A stretch of 64,000 bases of DNA from Candidatus Zixiibacteriota bacterium. Lineage in GTDB: Bacteria > RBG-13-66-14 > B26-G2 > WVWN01. The position numbers and the translations under genes were made by a program. The stretch is taken from assembly GCA_050117845.1 (NCBI GenBank), contig JASFLY010000007.1, positions 42,130 to 106,129 of the forward strand. The letters are read 5' to 3'. Below the pieces are notes generated by a model. The model saw nothing but the letters and a program-made list of their open reading frames with translations, did no database searches and was not told the DNA's origin. Shown here in pieces: positions 9,000 through 18,976 of the stretch (positions within the stretch are counted from its first letter, which is position 1; the number at the start of each line of letters is the position of its first letter).

Positions 9000-10955
9000 T
9001 TATTCCGGCCCCGCGAGTTCGTAGATGTCGTTCAGCGGATCCTTATATACGGGAGTGCAGTACCGCATTATAAACTCGTAAAAAACGCTCTTGGTCCGGG
9101 GCTCGTAGTTGGGCCACGCCTTCTCTTCGAACATGTGGAAGACGTGGACGTGCGTGACGCCCATATCCCGGGCGAGCTCGTACAAACGGGCGGCGTCCGC
9201 GCCGCCCTCCGCCGCGAGAAGAAACGCCGACGCCTCGAAGAACGAATCGTACACGGCGTCCCGTTCCAGATACAGCGTATGGTTGGTGAATACCATCAGG
9301 ACCTTGGAATCGGCCGGCGTGTTTTCGTTCAGGAACTTCTGGGCCATGTAAAAGCCGCACCGGCCGGACAGGAAGTTCTCCCGGTCTTCCCCGGCCAGGT
9401 ATTCGAAGCCCTCGAGGGTCTGTATAATGCCGCCGATGTTGAACGACACGGCGCAGAAAATGACGACGGCCGTGACGGCGGCCCGCCACCCTCGCCGGAA
9501 TTTCTCTCCCACCCTCCCCTCCGCCGCCGCGAGCGTCCCCGCCGCTACTATGCCGAGCGCCCCCAGGCCGCCGCCCAGGAAACGTAATTGCTGGGGGCCG
9601 AACGCCCACACCAGCACGAACGTCCACGTGTATGCGACCAGCCGGCCGGCCCGCCGGAACGCGAGAGCCGCCAGCGCCGCCAACGGGAGGAGGAACGGGA
9701 AATAGAGGCCGGCGAAGCTGTCGTAGTCGAAATCCGCCTGGACCGAGATGCGGTAAGGCAACAAGAGGTAGTCGTACCACTCCCGGCCGGCCCCCATGCC
9801 GTGCTGCCAGAGAATAAGGCGCTCGGCCTGCTCCGCCGTGAAATCGCGCCCGCCCAAAACGTCGTAGAAGAGGGGGAACAGCGGATTGCCCCGCTCGACG
9901 TACGCCTTCACGAGCCAGGGCACGACGAACGCGAACGCCACGGCGAGCGTCAGCGCGAGGTCGCGAACGCGAAGGCGGCGCCGCGCCAGGTCATATATGA
10001 AAACCGGGATGAAGGCGGCCAGAACGTACGCGGACGTATATTTGACGGCGAGTGCGGCTCCGAGGAAAACACCCAACGCGAGCGGCCGGGCCCGGGCGGA
10101 TTGGCCCTTCTCCCCGGGCCGGAAGTACAAATACAATCCGGCGGAGGCGTAGAGTAACACGAAGTGGTCGACGTGAGCGCCGGGTATGACGACGAAGAAA
10201 ACGGGCGTGAAAAAGACGAGGGCGGCGGCCGCGGCGGCGTAAAACTGCGGCAGCCATAATCGGCCCACGCGATAGACGAGGGACACGGCCAACAGCGAAA
10301 CGACCGCGTAGGACGCGTTGGCGCACGACAGGCCGTCCCACAGAATGCCCCACATGTAATACATCGTCGCGCCCAGCGGCATCGACGAATAGGTGTTGTA
10401 CGGCAGATAAACGAAGGCGTGGCCGACCGCGTATTTATAGGGAACCGCCAGGTGATAGGTAAGGGCGTCCCAGTAAAGCGGCGGCTGGGCCGCGGCGAGG
10501 ACTAGAGGGAAGACCAGGACGCCGCCGAAGAATACCCAGACGGCCGGCCCCGGTTCGATTTCGGCGAACCAGCGCCGGAAGCGGGTCGCGAACTCGGGCG
10601 GCCGCCGGACCCATGAGATAATACCGGCGACGAGGACGCCTACCACTATAACCTTGACGACGACGCCGTACGCCGCGTGCGCCGCCGCCAGGCCGAAGGA
10701 AAGCAGGCTGAATACGACGATGCCGGCGGCCGCGGCCAACTCCGGCGGGAGGGCCGCGCGATAACCGACGAGCCGCAACGTCCCCCTGCCGGCGAAATAC
10801 GTGGCCAGCCACATCGCCGCGAACAGCACGAGGTGCCACAACTTAATCCCGAGCGGCACGACCATATTCCGATAGATATGGGGCGCCGCGGCGTTGAGAG
10901 CTACCGACGCCGTGACTACCGCGATGACGATAACGGCCCATAGGTATTTCCTCAT
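9000..10955 (-). CDS. Polytopic membrane protein, GT-C superfamily (ArnT/PMT-like, lipid-carrier-dependent glycosyltransferase-like), paralog 4
   Basis: More than 12 TM segments; periplasmic-loop motif YWDALTYHLAVP; ALAVKY, ERGNPLFP and PQQLRFL; soluble C-terminal domain. Confidence 0.6.
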   Translation of the reverse strand: MRKYLWAVIVIAVVTASVALNAAAPHIYRNMVVPLGIKLWHLVLFAAMWLATYFAGRGTLRLVGYRAALPPELAAAAGIVVFSLLSFGLAAAHAAYGVVVKVIVVGVLVAGIISWVRRPPEFATRFRRWFAEIEPGPAVWVFFGGVLVFPLVLAAAQPPLYWDALTYHLAVPYKYAVGHAFVYLPYNTYSSMPLGATMYYMWGILWDGLSCANASYAVVSLLAVSLVYRVGRLWLPQFYAAAAAALVFFTPVFFVVIPGAHVDHFVLLYASAGLYLYFRPGEKGQSARARPLALGVFLGAALAVKYTSAYVLAAFIPVFIYDLARRRLRVRDLALTLAVAFAFVVPWLVKAYVERGNPLFPLFYDVLGGRDFTAEQAERLILWQHGMGAGREWYDYLLLPYRISVQADFDYDSFAGLYFPFLLPLAALAALAFRRAGRLVAYTWTFVLVWAFGPQQLRFLGGGLGALGIVAAGTLAAAEGRVGEKFRRGWRAAVTAVVIFCAVSFNIGGIIQTLEGFEYLAGEDRENFLSGRCGFYMAQKFLNENTPADSKVLMVFTNHTLYLERDAVYDSFFEASAFLLAAEGGADAARLYELARDMGVTHVHVFHMFEEKAWPNYEPRTKSVFYEFIMRYCTPVYKDPLNDIYELAGPE

Positions 10956-12940
10956 AAATCGTCCCCGACCAATTCGTATACGTCGTTCATATCATCGCGA
11001 TACAGGACGCGGCCGTAGCGCTTCAGGAAACCGTACAACATGGTTCGCGCGTGACGGTCATAATGGTCCCATACCTTGGGTTCGAATGAATGATATATGT
11101 GAACGTGGGTGCAGCCCCATCCCCGGGCTAGATCGTACAATTCCCGGGGGTCTCGGGCGTCCTCAGCCGCAAGCAGGAAAGCCGACGCCTCCAGAAACGA
11201 ATCGTATACGGCCTCCCGTTCCAGGTACAAGGTATGGTTCGTGAACAGCAAAAGCACCTTCGCGTCCGGCGGGAGTTCCTTGTTCATAAACAATTGGGCC
11301 CGCATAAAGCCCACGCGTTCGGCGAGGTAGTCCTCGCGCTCCGCCCCCAGGAAATACGCGTACGTATCGAGCGAGCTCAAAAGCGGCAACGGGAAATACG
11401 ATACGGCGACGAGGGCCAATCCGCCGACGATGATGGCGCGCCAACCGCGGGAGAAACCGCGGCCCCACCGCCCGCACCAACCGTCCGCGGCGGCCAGCGA
11501 CCCCGCCGCCGCGACGGAGAAGGCCGGCAACGCCCCGCCCAGGAAACGTAATATGCGGGACCCGAAGAACCAGGCGATAAGGTATACCCACGCATACACC
11601 GCCACCCGGCCGCCTCGCCGGAAAAACACGAACGCCAGCGCGGCCAACGGCAAGAGGAAAGGCAGGTAAATACCGGCGAAACGCTCATACGCCGAATCCC
11701 CCGCGACGGATACGCGATACGGCAAGAGGATAAAATCGCCCACGGCATCGCCGTAACCCATCTCGCCCTGCCACGCCAGCAACCGCTCCGACTGCTCCGC
11801 GCTGAAGTCCCGGCCGCCGAAGACACCGTAAAGCAGCGGGAACGTCGGATTGCCGCGCTCGACGTACGCCTTGGCGAGCCAGGGCAGTACGAGGACGAAA
11901 ACCACGACGGCCGCTTTTAAAACCCACCGGATTTTTAAGCGCCCCCGTATAACGTCGTAAGCCCATACCGGTATGAAGGCAGCGAAAACCGCATACGCCG
12001 TGTACTTGACGGCCACCGCCGCGCCCAAGAGGACACCGACCGCGAGCCAGCTTCGACCGGTTTCTTCCCCCCCGCCTCTTCCCGGGTGCTGCGCGAAATA
12101 TACGTACAGCGCGCCGGCCGCAGACATTATCACGAAATGATCGTTATGGGCCGCCGCCATCGCCGCCGCGACCGGCGGCGTCAAAACGACCATGGCCGCC
12201 GCCATCGCCGCGAAAAACTGGCCCAACCAGATTCGCGCCAAGCGGTACGTCAGCGCCGCCGCGAGGAAGGTTACGACCAGGTGGGACGCCTTGGCGGTGA
12301 TGAGGCCGTCCCAAAGGTAGGGCCAAAGGTAAAAAAGCGACCCGCCCATCGGCATCGACGCGTATACGTTGTACGGCAGATATACGAAACCGCCGGCGTC
12401 GGCGTAAGCCTTCGGGACAGCCAGATGATACGTGAGCGAGTCCCAGTAGTAAGGTGGAACGGCGGCCGTAAGCGCCAGGGGAAGCGCGATCGCCCCGACG
12501 ACGACGAGCAGCCCCGCCGTGGACACCTCAAGTTCGTCGAGCCACCGTTGGACCCGCTCGGGGACGCGGGCCAGGTCCCGGCGGAAAAAATACGCCCCGG
12601 CCGCCGCGGCCCCGACGATAAAACCCCGCGCCAGCCAAACGGAAATTACGTGCGCCGCACCCATAACGAAGGCCAGTACGACCATCGCGGCGACGCCCAA
12701 CGCCGCGGCGAGTTCCGGCGGAGTTTCGTCGCGGTCGAGCAGGAACCGGGAACAGGCCCGGCCGACTACGTAAACGGCGAACCAGAAGACGACGAAAAGC
12801 GCCAGGTGGCCGAGCTTCCCGGCAACGACGCCCATGGGGTTAACGCCGCCCTCGCGCGCCGCGACGCCGAGAGCGACGGCCACGGCCGCGAGCGCCAGCA
12901 CGCCGACGGCGTATAACGCTTTCTTCAATACGTCGCGCAC
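10952..12940 (-). CDS. GT-C-like polytopic membrane protein, paralog 3
   Basis: YWDSLTYHLAVP, AVAVKY, ERGNPTFP, YDSFLEASAF; overlaps the next gene by 4 nt. Confidence 0.6.
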   Translation of the reverse strand: MRDVLKKALYAVGVLALAAVAVALGVAAREGGVNPMGVVAGKLGHLALFVVFWFAVYVVGRACSRFLLDRDETPPELAAALGVAAMVVLAFVMGAAHVISVWLARGFIVGAAAAGAYFFRRDLARVPERVQRWLDELEVSTAGLLVVVGAIALPLALTAAVPPYYWDSLTYHLAVPKAYADAGGFVYLPYNVYASMPMGGSLFYLWPYLWDGLITAKASHLVVTFLAAALTYRLARIWLGQFFAAMAAAMVVLTPPVAAAMAAAHNDHFVIMSAAGALYVYFAQHPGRGGGEETGRSWLAVGVLLGAAVAVKYTAYAVFAAFIPVWAYDVIRGRLKIRWVLKAAVVVFVLVLPWLAKAYVERGNPTFPLLYGVFGGRDFSAEQSERLLAWQGEMGYGDAVGDFILLPYRVSVAGDSAYERFAGIYLPFLLPLAALAFVFFRRGGRVAVYAWVYLIAWFFGSRILRFLGGALPAFSVAAAGSLAAADGWCGRWGRGFSRGWRAIIVGGLALVAVSYFPLPLLSSLDTYAYFLGAEREDYLAERVGFMRAQLFMNKELPPDAKVLLLFTNHTLYLEREAVYDSFLEASAFLLAAEDARDPRELYDLARGWGCTHVHIYHSFEPKVWDHYDRHARTMLYGFLKRYGRVLYRDDMNDVYELVGDDL

Positions 12941-12949
12941 GTCGAAGCC

Positions 12950-14929
12950 TTAGTCACCCCCCGTCGCCGGAAGGAGTTCGTAAACGTCGCCGAATTTATC
13001 CTCATATACGGTGTAACCGTATCGCCGCACGAAATCGTAGAATACGTGCCTGGCCCGGGGCGTATAATACGGCCAGAAACGCTCCTCGAAGAATTTATAA
13101 ACGTAGACGTGGGTTATGCCCCGCTCACGGGCGTAGCGGTAAAGCGCCTCGCCGTCGGCCGACTCTTCCGCGAGGATGAGCGGCGCGGACGCCTCCAGGA
13201 ACGAATCGTACGTCGCGTCGCGTTCCAGATACAAAGTTTGATTCGCGAATACGAGTAGCACGCGCGCGCCCGGCGGTAATTCCCGGTTCATGTAATCGTA
13301 GCCATTGTAGAAAGGACAGCGGCGGGAGAGGAATTCCTCCTCGTCCATCCAGAAGAAATAGCTGTGCCCCGGTAGTGTATCGAAGATGCCCATGGCGTTG
13401 TACGAAAACGCCACGGCCAAAAACGCCACCGCGATAATCGCCCGCCACCAGCGGCCGAGGCGGAGGCGGCCGCCGGGTTCCGCCGCGGCGAGCACCCCCG
13501 CGGCGGCGATGCCGAAGGCCGGCAAGGCCCCCGCCAGAAAGCGCAACTGCTGGGGCCCCAGCGCCCACGCGAAGAAATAGACCCAAGCGAACGCGACGAC
13601 GCGCCCCGCCCGCCGGAACGCCGGTACGGCGACCGCGGCCAGCGGTAGCACAAACGGCAAGAGCAGGCCGCAGAAATCCTCGTATGGGTATCCGGCCTCG
13701 AACGACACCCGATACGGCAGGAGCAGCCAATCGGCGATCCCGCGGCCCCGGCCCATAGACGCTTGCCACTCGAAGAGGCGGCGCGCCTGCTCGGCGCTGA
13801 AATCCCGGCCGCCGAACGTGCCGTACAATGCGGGAAAGACCGGGTTGCCCCTCTCGACGTATGCCTTTATAAGCCACGGCACGACGAGCAGCACCGCCGT
13901 CCCGATAATTATCGCTACCTCGGCCGGCCTCGTTCGCTTCCTCGCGACGTCGTACGCCCAAATCGGGATGAAGGCTATTAGAACGGGGAACGACGAATAC
14001 TTGACGGCGAGGGCAGCCCCCAGAAACAAGCCGACCGCGACGGCCCGACGCCTCGGCGACGAGCCCTCCCCCACCCCCGGATTAAGATAAAGGAAGAGCG
14101 CCGCTATAATGAAGAGCATCGAGAAGTGGTCGACCTGGGCGCCGCCGGCGGCCGTCAGCACCGTCGGCGTCAGGAACACGAAGGCCGCGGCTAATACGGC
14201 GTAATATTGGCTCACCCACGCCCGCGCCAGCCGATAAGTGAGGCCGAGCGCGAGTAACGTAACGACGAGGTGGGAGGCGTTGGCCGTTATCGCGCCGTCC
14301 CACAAATAGGGCCACAAATAAAAAAGCGACGCCCCGAACGGCATCGACGAATATACGTTGTCGGCGAGATATACGAAACGATGGGCTTCCGCGTACGCCT
14401 GCGGCACGGCCAGATGGTACGTGAGCGCGTCCCAGAAATAAGGGGGTTCCGCGGCGGACAGCGCGATCGAGGCCGCCAGAAGCGCCGTCCCGGCCAACAG
14501 CGCCGCCGACCCCAACTCTAGCTCCTCCAGGGCCCGCTTGAGCCGGGCGGGGACCTCCGCCAGCCGCCGCCACGTCAACGCCGCCGTCGCGGCCGCACCG
14601 AATATTACGATTACCTTGGCCACCACGCCGTACGCCGCGTGCGCCGCGCAGAGCACGAACGCTAGCAATACCGACGCGACGACGCCGAGCCCCAGTGCCA
14701 GTTCCGGCGGCCAGGACGTCCGGCCCGTCAAGAGGCGCTCCGCCCCCCGGCCGCAGCCGTAGACCGCGAACCAGAAGACCAGGAATAAAAAAAGGTGCCA
14801 GAGTTTCCCGGCGACGTGGCCTATGGGGTTGAAACCCTCCCGCTGGGCCGTGACGCTTAAAACCGTAAACGTCACGGCGACGGCGAGCAGTATTAAAGCG
14901 GTAAGTACGGTTTTCAACGCGCCGGACAT
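12950..14929 (-). CDS. GT-C-like polytopic membrane protein, paralog 2
   Basis: FWDALTYHLAVP, ALAVKY, ERGNPVFP, PQQLRFL. Confidence 0.6.
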   Translation of the reverse strand: MSGALKTVLTALILLAVAVTFTVLSVTAQREGFNPIGHVAGKLWHLFLFLVFWFAVYGCGRGAERLLTGRTSWPPELALGLGVVASVLLAFVLCAAHAAYGVVAKVIVIFGAAATAALTWRRLAEVPARLKRALEELELGSAALLAGTALLAASIALSAAEPPYFWDALTYHLAVPQAYAEAHRFVYLADNVYSSMPFGASLFYLWPYLWDGAITANASHLVVTLLALGLTYRLARAWVSQYYAVLAAAFVFLTPTVLTAAGGAQVDHFSMLFIIAALFLYLNPGVGEGSSPRRRAVAVGLFLGAALAVKYSSFPVLIAFIPIWAYDVARKRTRPAEVAIIIGTAVLLVVPWLIKAYVERGNPVFPALYGTFGGRDFSAEQARRLFEWQASMGRGRGIADWLLLPYRVSFEAGYPYEDFCGLLLPFVLPLAAVAVPAFRRAGRVVAFAWVYFFAWALGPQQLRFLAGALPAFGIAAAGVLAAAEPGGRLRLGRWWRAIIAVAFLAVAFSYNAMGIFDTLPGHSYFFWMDEEEFLSRRCPFYNGYDYMNRELPPGARVLLVFANQTLYLERDATYDSFLEASAPLILAEESADGEALYRYARERGITHVYVYKFFEERFWPYYTPRARHVFYDFVRRYGYTVYEDKFGDVYELLPATGGD

Positions 14930-15045
14930 CGCCGAGCATATTAAAATTAAAACCGGCCCGACGCCACAAAAAAACCGGCCCGAAGGCCGGCCCCGCGGAA
15001 AACGATCCTCGCGCGGGCGCCGCCGCGCGCCCCGGCCCCCCGCCG

Positions 15046-17025
15046 TTATGACGCCGCCGGATCTACCAACTCGAACAAAACGTTGTGCTTATCCTCGTAT
15101 ATAACCACGCCGTAACGATACAGGAAAGCCCGGATGCGTTCCCGCGCCACGTCCGGGTAACGGCCGGCCATCCAGCTCTCTCCGTAGAGGTTTAGATGGA
15201 CGTGTGTAACGCCCCAACGCCGGACCGTCTCGCGAAAGGCCGCCTCGTCCGGGGCCTCGACCGCCGCCGCCATTATCGCCGACGCCTCGAGGAAGGAATC
15301 GTACACGGCCTCCCGCTCGAGGTACAGGTTTTCATTATAGTACAGCAACAACACGCGGGCGTCGGCCGGCAGGTTCTCGTTGGCGTACTCCTGCGTCCGG
15401 TAAAACGTCGTCCATTCCCGCAAGAAGGCCGGGGCGTCCATAACGCCGGTGAGATACGTCTGCCGCGGCATCGACGAGAAAATCGGCGCTATAAGAAAAG
15501 GGAGGGCGACGGCGAAGGTCGACGCCGAGACGCCGAAGCGCCAGGCCCGACGGCCCCACGTCGCCCAATCCCGGTCGACCGCCGCCAGCGTCCCGGCCGC
15601 CGCCACCGCGAAGGCCGGCAACGCCCCGTCGAGGAAGCGAAGCTGCTGCGGCCCCAGCGCCCAGGCCGCGAGATATACCCAAGCGAACGCGACCACCCGG
15701 CCGGCGCGCCGGAACGACGCCGCCGCCAAGGCCGCCAGTGGCAGGAGGAACGGCAAGTAGCGGCCGGCGAAATCCTTGTAGTCGAAGCCCCCGGCGACGG
15801 AGATTCGATACGGGAGGAGGAGGTAATCCCAAACGCCTCTCCCCCGCCCCATGTCACTCTGCCACTCGACCAACCGCCGCGCCTGTTCCGCCGAGAAATC
15901 GCGATTCGGGAACCAATCGTACGCCAGCGGGAAGACCGGGTTGCCCCGTTCGACGTACGCCTTAACGAGCCACGGGGCGACGGGCGCCGCCGCGGCGACG
16001 AGGAAGACCGCGGCCTCCGCCCACCGGATTCGCTTCTTTAATAAGTCGTATCCCAATACGGGGATAAAGGCCCCGAGGGCCGCCACCGCCGAGTACTTTA
16101 CCGCGAGGGCGGCGCCGAGCAGCAAACCGGCGCCGAGAAACGACCGCCGGCGAGCCGTTCCCCCCGGCGCCCCGGCGTCGAAATAGACGTAGAGCGCGGC
16201 GACGACGAACAACATAAGGAAATGATCGTTATGGCCGCCGCCCATAACCTTGAACGCCACCGGCGTCAGGATAACCAGGACGGCCGCGAGGGCGGAATAG
16301 AATTGGTCCAGCCACCGCCGGGCCAACCGGTACGTAAGCGCCAAGGCGAGAACGGTAACGACGAGGTGAGAGGCGTTCGCCGTTATCACGCCGTCCCAGA
16401 GGTAGGGCCATACGTAGAAAAGCGAGCCCCCCATCGGCATGGAGGAAAAGGCGTTGTAGGGCAGGTAGACGAAACCGTGGGCCGCGGCGTACGCCTTCGG
16501 CACGGCGAGGTGGTAGACGAGGGCGTCGACGTACGTCGGCGGGTGGGCCGCGGTCAACGCGACCGGCAAAGCGAGAACGCCCGCGCCGAGCGCCAACGCG
16601 GCCGTCGGGAGTTCGACTTCCTCCCGCCACCGCCGCACGCGGCCGGCGGCGCGGCCCCATTCCCGGCGCCACAGGAATCCGGTCCCCACGGCCGCCGCGA
16701 CGACGAATACGCGCGCCACCCACGGGTAAGCCGCGTGCGCCGCGCACATTATAAAGCCCAAATAAACGAAGGCCACGACGCCCAGGGCCGCCGAGAGTTC
16801 CGGCGGCGGCGACGCCTTCCGGCCGAGGAGCAGCGCCGCCGTCGTCCTCCCGACGCCGTACACGCCGAGCCAAAATACGAGGAATAGCGCCAGGTGGCCG
16901 GCCTTGCGGGCCAGGCTCGCCGTCGGATTGCCAGATACGTCGACGACGACCTGTACGGCGACGAATACGACGACCGCCGCGACGACCACGACGGCCAATA
17001 GGGCGCTTTTCGTACGCTCCGACAT
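15046..17025 (-). CDS. GT-C-like polytopic membrane protein, paralog 1
   Basis: YVDALVYHLAVP, ALAVKY, ERGNPVFP, PQQLRFL. Confidence 0.6.
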   Translation of the reverse strand: MSERTKSALLAVVVVAAVVVFVAVQVVVDVSGNPTASLARKAGHLALFLVFWLGVYGVGRTTAALLLGRKASPPPELSAALGVVAFVYLGFIMCAAHAAYPWVARVFVVAAAVGTGFLWRREWGRAAGRVRRWREEVELPTAALALGAGVLALPVALTAAHPPTYVDALVYHLAVPKAYAAAHGFVYLPYNAFSSMPMGGSLFYVWPYLWDGVITANASHLVVTVLALALTYRLARRWLDQFYSALAAVLVILTPVAFKVMGGGHNDHFLMLFVVAALYVYFDAGAPGGTARRRSFLGAGLLLGAALAVKYSAVAALGAFIPVLGYDLLKKRIRWAEAAVFLVAAAAPVAPWLVKAYVERGNPVFPLAYDWFPNRDFSAEQARRLVEWQSDMGRGRGVWDYLLLPYRISVAGGFDYKDFAGRYLPFLLPLAALAAASFRRAGRVVAFAWVYLAAWALGPQQLRFLDGALPAFAVAAAGTLAAVDRDWATWGRRAWRFGVSASTFAVALPFLIAPIFSSMPRQTYLTGVMDAPAFLREWTTFYRTQEYANENLPADARVLLLYYNENLYLEREAVYDSFLEASAIMAAAVEAPDEAAFRETVRRWGVTHVHLNLYGESWMAGRYPDVARERIRAFLYRYGVVIYEDKHNVLFELVDPAAS

Positions 17026-17063
17026 CGTGTCCCATCATAAAACAGAACCGCAGCACAAACCAT

Positions 17064-17088
17064 AAAAAAGCCGGCCCGAAGGCCGGCT
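17064..17088 (-). terminator. Intrinsic terminator after btuB
   Basis: Minus strand AGCCGGCC-TTCG-GGCCGGCT-TTTTT. Confidence 0.8.
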
Positions 17089-17113
17089 AACAAGGAGGAG
17101 ATACACGTTTTCG

Positions 17114-18976
17114 TTAGAAATCCAGGGCGACGCCGGCGCTCACGGTCCGGCCGGGCATCGGGTAATCGTATATGGTCTGGTATTCCTCATCGGCCAGGTT
17201 CTTCACGGCGACGAATATCTCGGGGTAATACACCTTGAACGCGACCCGCGCTCCCAATAGCGTATAGGCCGGCAGCCAACGTTTCGACGTAAGGTATGTA
17301 ACCGGGTCGGTGTAGTCGTACTGCTGGCGGCCGACGAACGACCCGGACACCGAGGGCGTCAGGGCGAACGCGCCGTCGCCGAAGTCGTGCCGGTACCGCA
17401 GCTCGAGGAACCCCGAATACTCGGGACGATAGTTAAGCTCCTCGCCGGTGTCGCGGTCTTCGGTCGTGAGGTAGGTTCCGGAAAGGGCGACGTCGAACGT
17501 GGGGCGGGAAGCCAACGGCGACGCGTCCACGCCGAGCTCCACTCCCTGGACTACGCTCCGGTCCACGTTCTCCGGCGGCCATCCGCTAATGAGGTCCTCG
17601 TAGTCGGAGTAGAAATAAATAAACTCGGCCTTGAAGCGGTCGTTGAGACGGAAGGTCGGGCCGGCCTCGTACGTCCAGCAGTATTCCGGCGTGAGGTCGG
17701 GATTGCCGCCGCCGAAGCCGGTGTCCGGCCAGTAAAGTTCGTCGAAACTCGGGGCCCGGAAACTCCGGCCGGCCGACGCCCGGGCGCTGACGACTTCGTT
17801 GAAATTATAGCGGGCGCCCACGCGCGGCGACACGGTTCCGCCGAAGATACTGGAAGAATCGTAACGGGCCCCAACGACCGTCGTCAGGTCGCCGAAGCGG
17901 AGGTCTTCCTGCGCGAACACGGCCCAGGTCGACCCGTCCTGATCGCCGATGGACGTGCTTTCAGTTTTTACACTCTCGAACTCGCCGCCCAGCCCCAACC
18001 GGTTCCACGCAAGGAGCTGGTAGAAGGCCGCTCCCCGGGCGCCGAGGGCGTCGTTCGTATGCGTATCGTCGCTCGGGAAATACGGGTCGGGGTCGGTATA
18101 ATGTCGTTCCTGGGTTTTATAATAAACCCGGCCCGTAGTCGACCAGGCATCGCTCGGCGACGCGTCGATGCCGACGTTCCCGACCATAAAGTCGTCCTCC
18201 TGGCGGGCCAACGGCGTGGGATAAGACAAGGACCCGGGAACGCCCACTTCGGACGTGTGATATTGGCCGCGCAACCAGAGGGTGGCGTCATCGCCCAGCT
18301 TGGAGGAGAACTTGACGTGGCCGCCCTTCCCCTCGTAGTCGTCGTTATCGGTGAAGCCGTCGTTCGTACGGTAGCTGCCGCCGACGTTGAGGCCGAAGTT
18401 GCCCAACGGGAGGCCGGCGGCCACTTCCGTATTAACGTCGCTGTTCGTGCCGTACGAACCCCGGAACGAGACGCCCGGTTTCTCGGGTACGCCGCGCGTC
18501 ACGATGTTCACGACGCCGGCGGTAGCGTTCGCGCCGTAGAGCGCCGAAGACGGTCCGCTCATAACCTCGACGCGGTCGACGTCCTCGAGCGACAGCGCGT
18601 TGAAATCGACGTCGCCGCCCTGGTGGTTATTTACGGGTTGCCCGTCGACCATGAAGAGCGTTTGTTTGGCGTACGACCCGCGGGTCGAGACGGTCTTGGT
18701 GGAACCGGCGCCGCCGTATTCCCGCAAGTAAATGCCCTCCGAACGCACCAATCCCTCGGCGAGATTCGTCGCGTCCAGTAAATTGAGTTCGCGGCTCGTT
18801 ATCGACCGAATGCCGAACGGCACCTCGGACTCCCGGGCCGGCTCGCCGATGGCCGTAATGACTATAGGGTCGCCGGGGAAGACCTCGACGTCCCCCTCCG
18901 GCGTATCGTAGGCCAGTGCCGGAACGACGGCCGCCGCCAGGCTTAAACATGTGGAAATAATTATCGTCCGTACCAT
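17114..18976 (-). CDS. btuB: TonB-dependent receptor, BtuB-like cobalamin transporter
   Basis: Signal peptide from MVRTIII (ATG 18976, coupled to the btuD stop). Plug motifs LFMVDGQP and RVEVMSGPSSALYGANATAGVVNIVT; SFRAPSFDELY; ends PGRT...DF. Lies in the B12-riboswitch operon. Confidence 0.85.
   Translation of the reverse strand: MVRTIIISTCLSLAAAVVPALAYDTPEGDVEVFPGDPIVITAIGEPARESEVPFGIRSITSRELNLLDATNLAEGLVRSEGIYLREYGGAGSTKTVSTRGSYAKQTLFMVDGQPVNNHQGGDVDFNALSLEDVDRVEVMSGPSSALYGANATAGVVNIVTRGVPEKPGVSFRGSYGTNSDVNTEVAAGLPLGNFGLNVGGSYRTNDGFTDNDDYEGKGGHVKFSSKLGDDATLWLRGQYHTSEVGVPGSLSYPTPLARQEDDFMVGNVGIDASPSDAWSTTGRVYYKTQERHYTDPDPYFPSDDTHTNDALGARGAAFYQLLAWNRLGLGGEFESVKTESTSIGDQDGSTWAVFAQEDLRFGDLTTVVGARYDSSSIFGGTVSPRVGARYNFNEVVSARASAGRSFRAPSFDELYWPDTGFGGGNPDLTPEYCWTYEAGPTFRLNDRFKAEFIYFYSDYEDLISGWPPENVDRSVVQGVELGVDASPLASRPTFDVALSGTYLTTEDRDTGEELNYRPEYSGFLELRYRHDFGDGAFALTPSVSGSFVGRQQYDYTDPVTYLTSKRWLPAYTLLGARVAFKVYYPEIFVAVKNLADEEYQTIYDYPMPGRTVSAGVALDF

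Noticed and set aside
17387..18781. Long antisense ORFs (for example 17387-18781, 23413-24696, 28023-29555, 41680-42861)
   Set aside because: These are shadow frames of GC-rich genes on the opposite strand, with no recognisable motifs or RBS.
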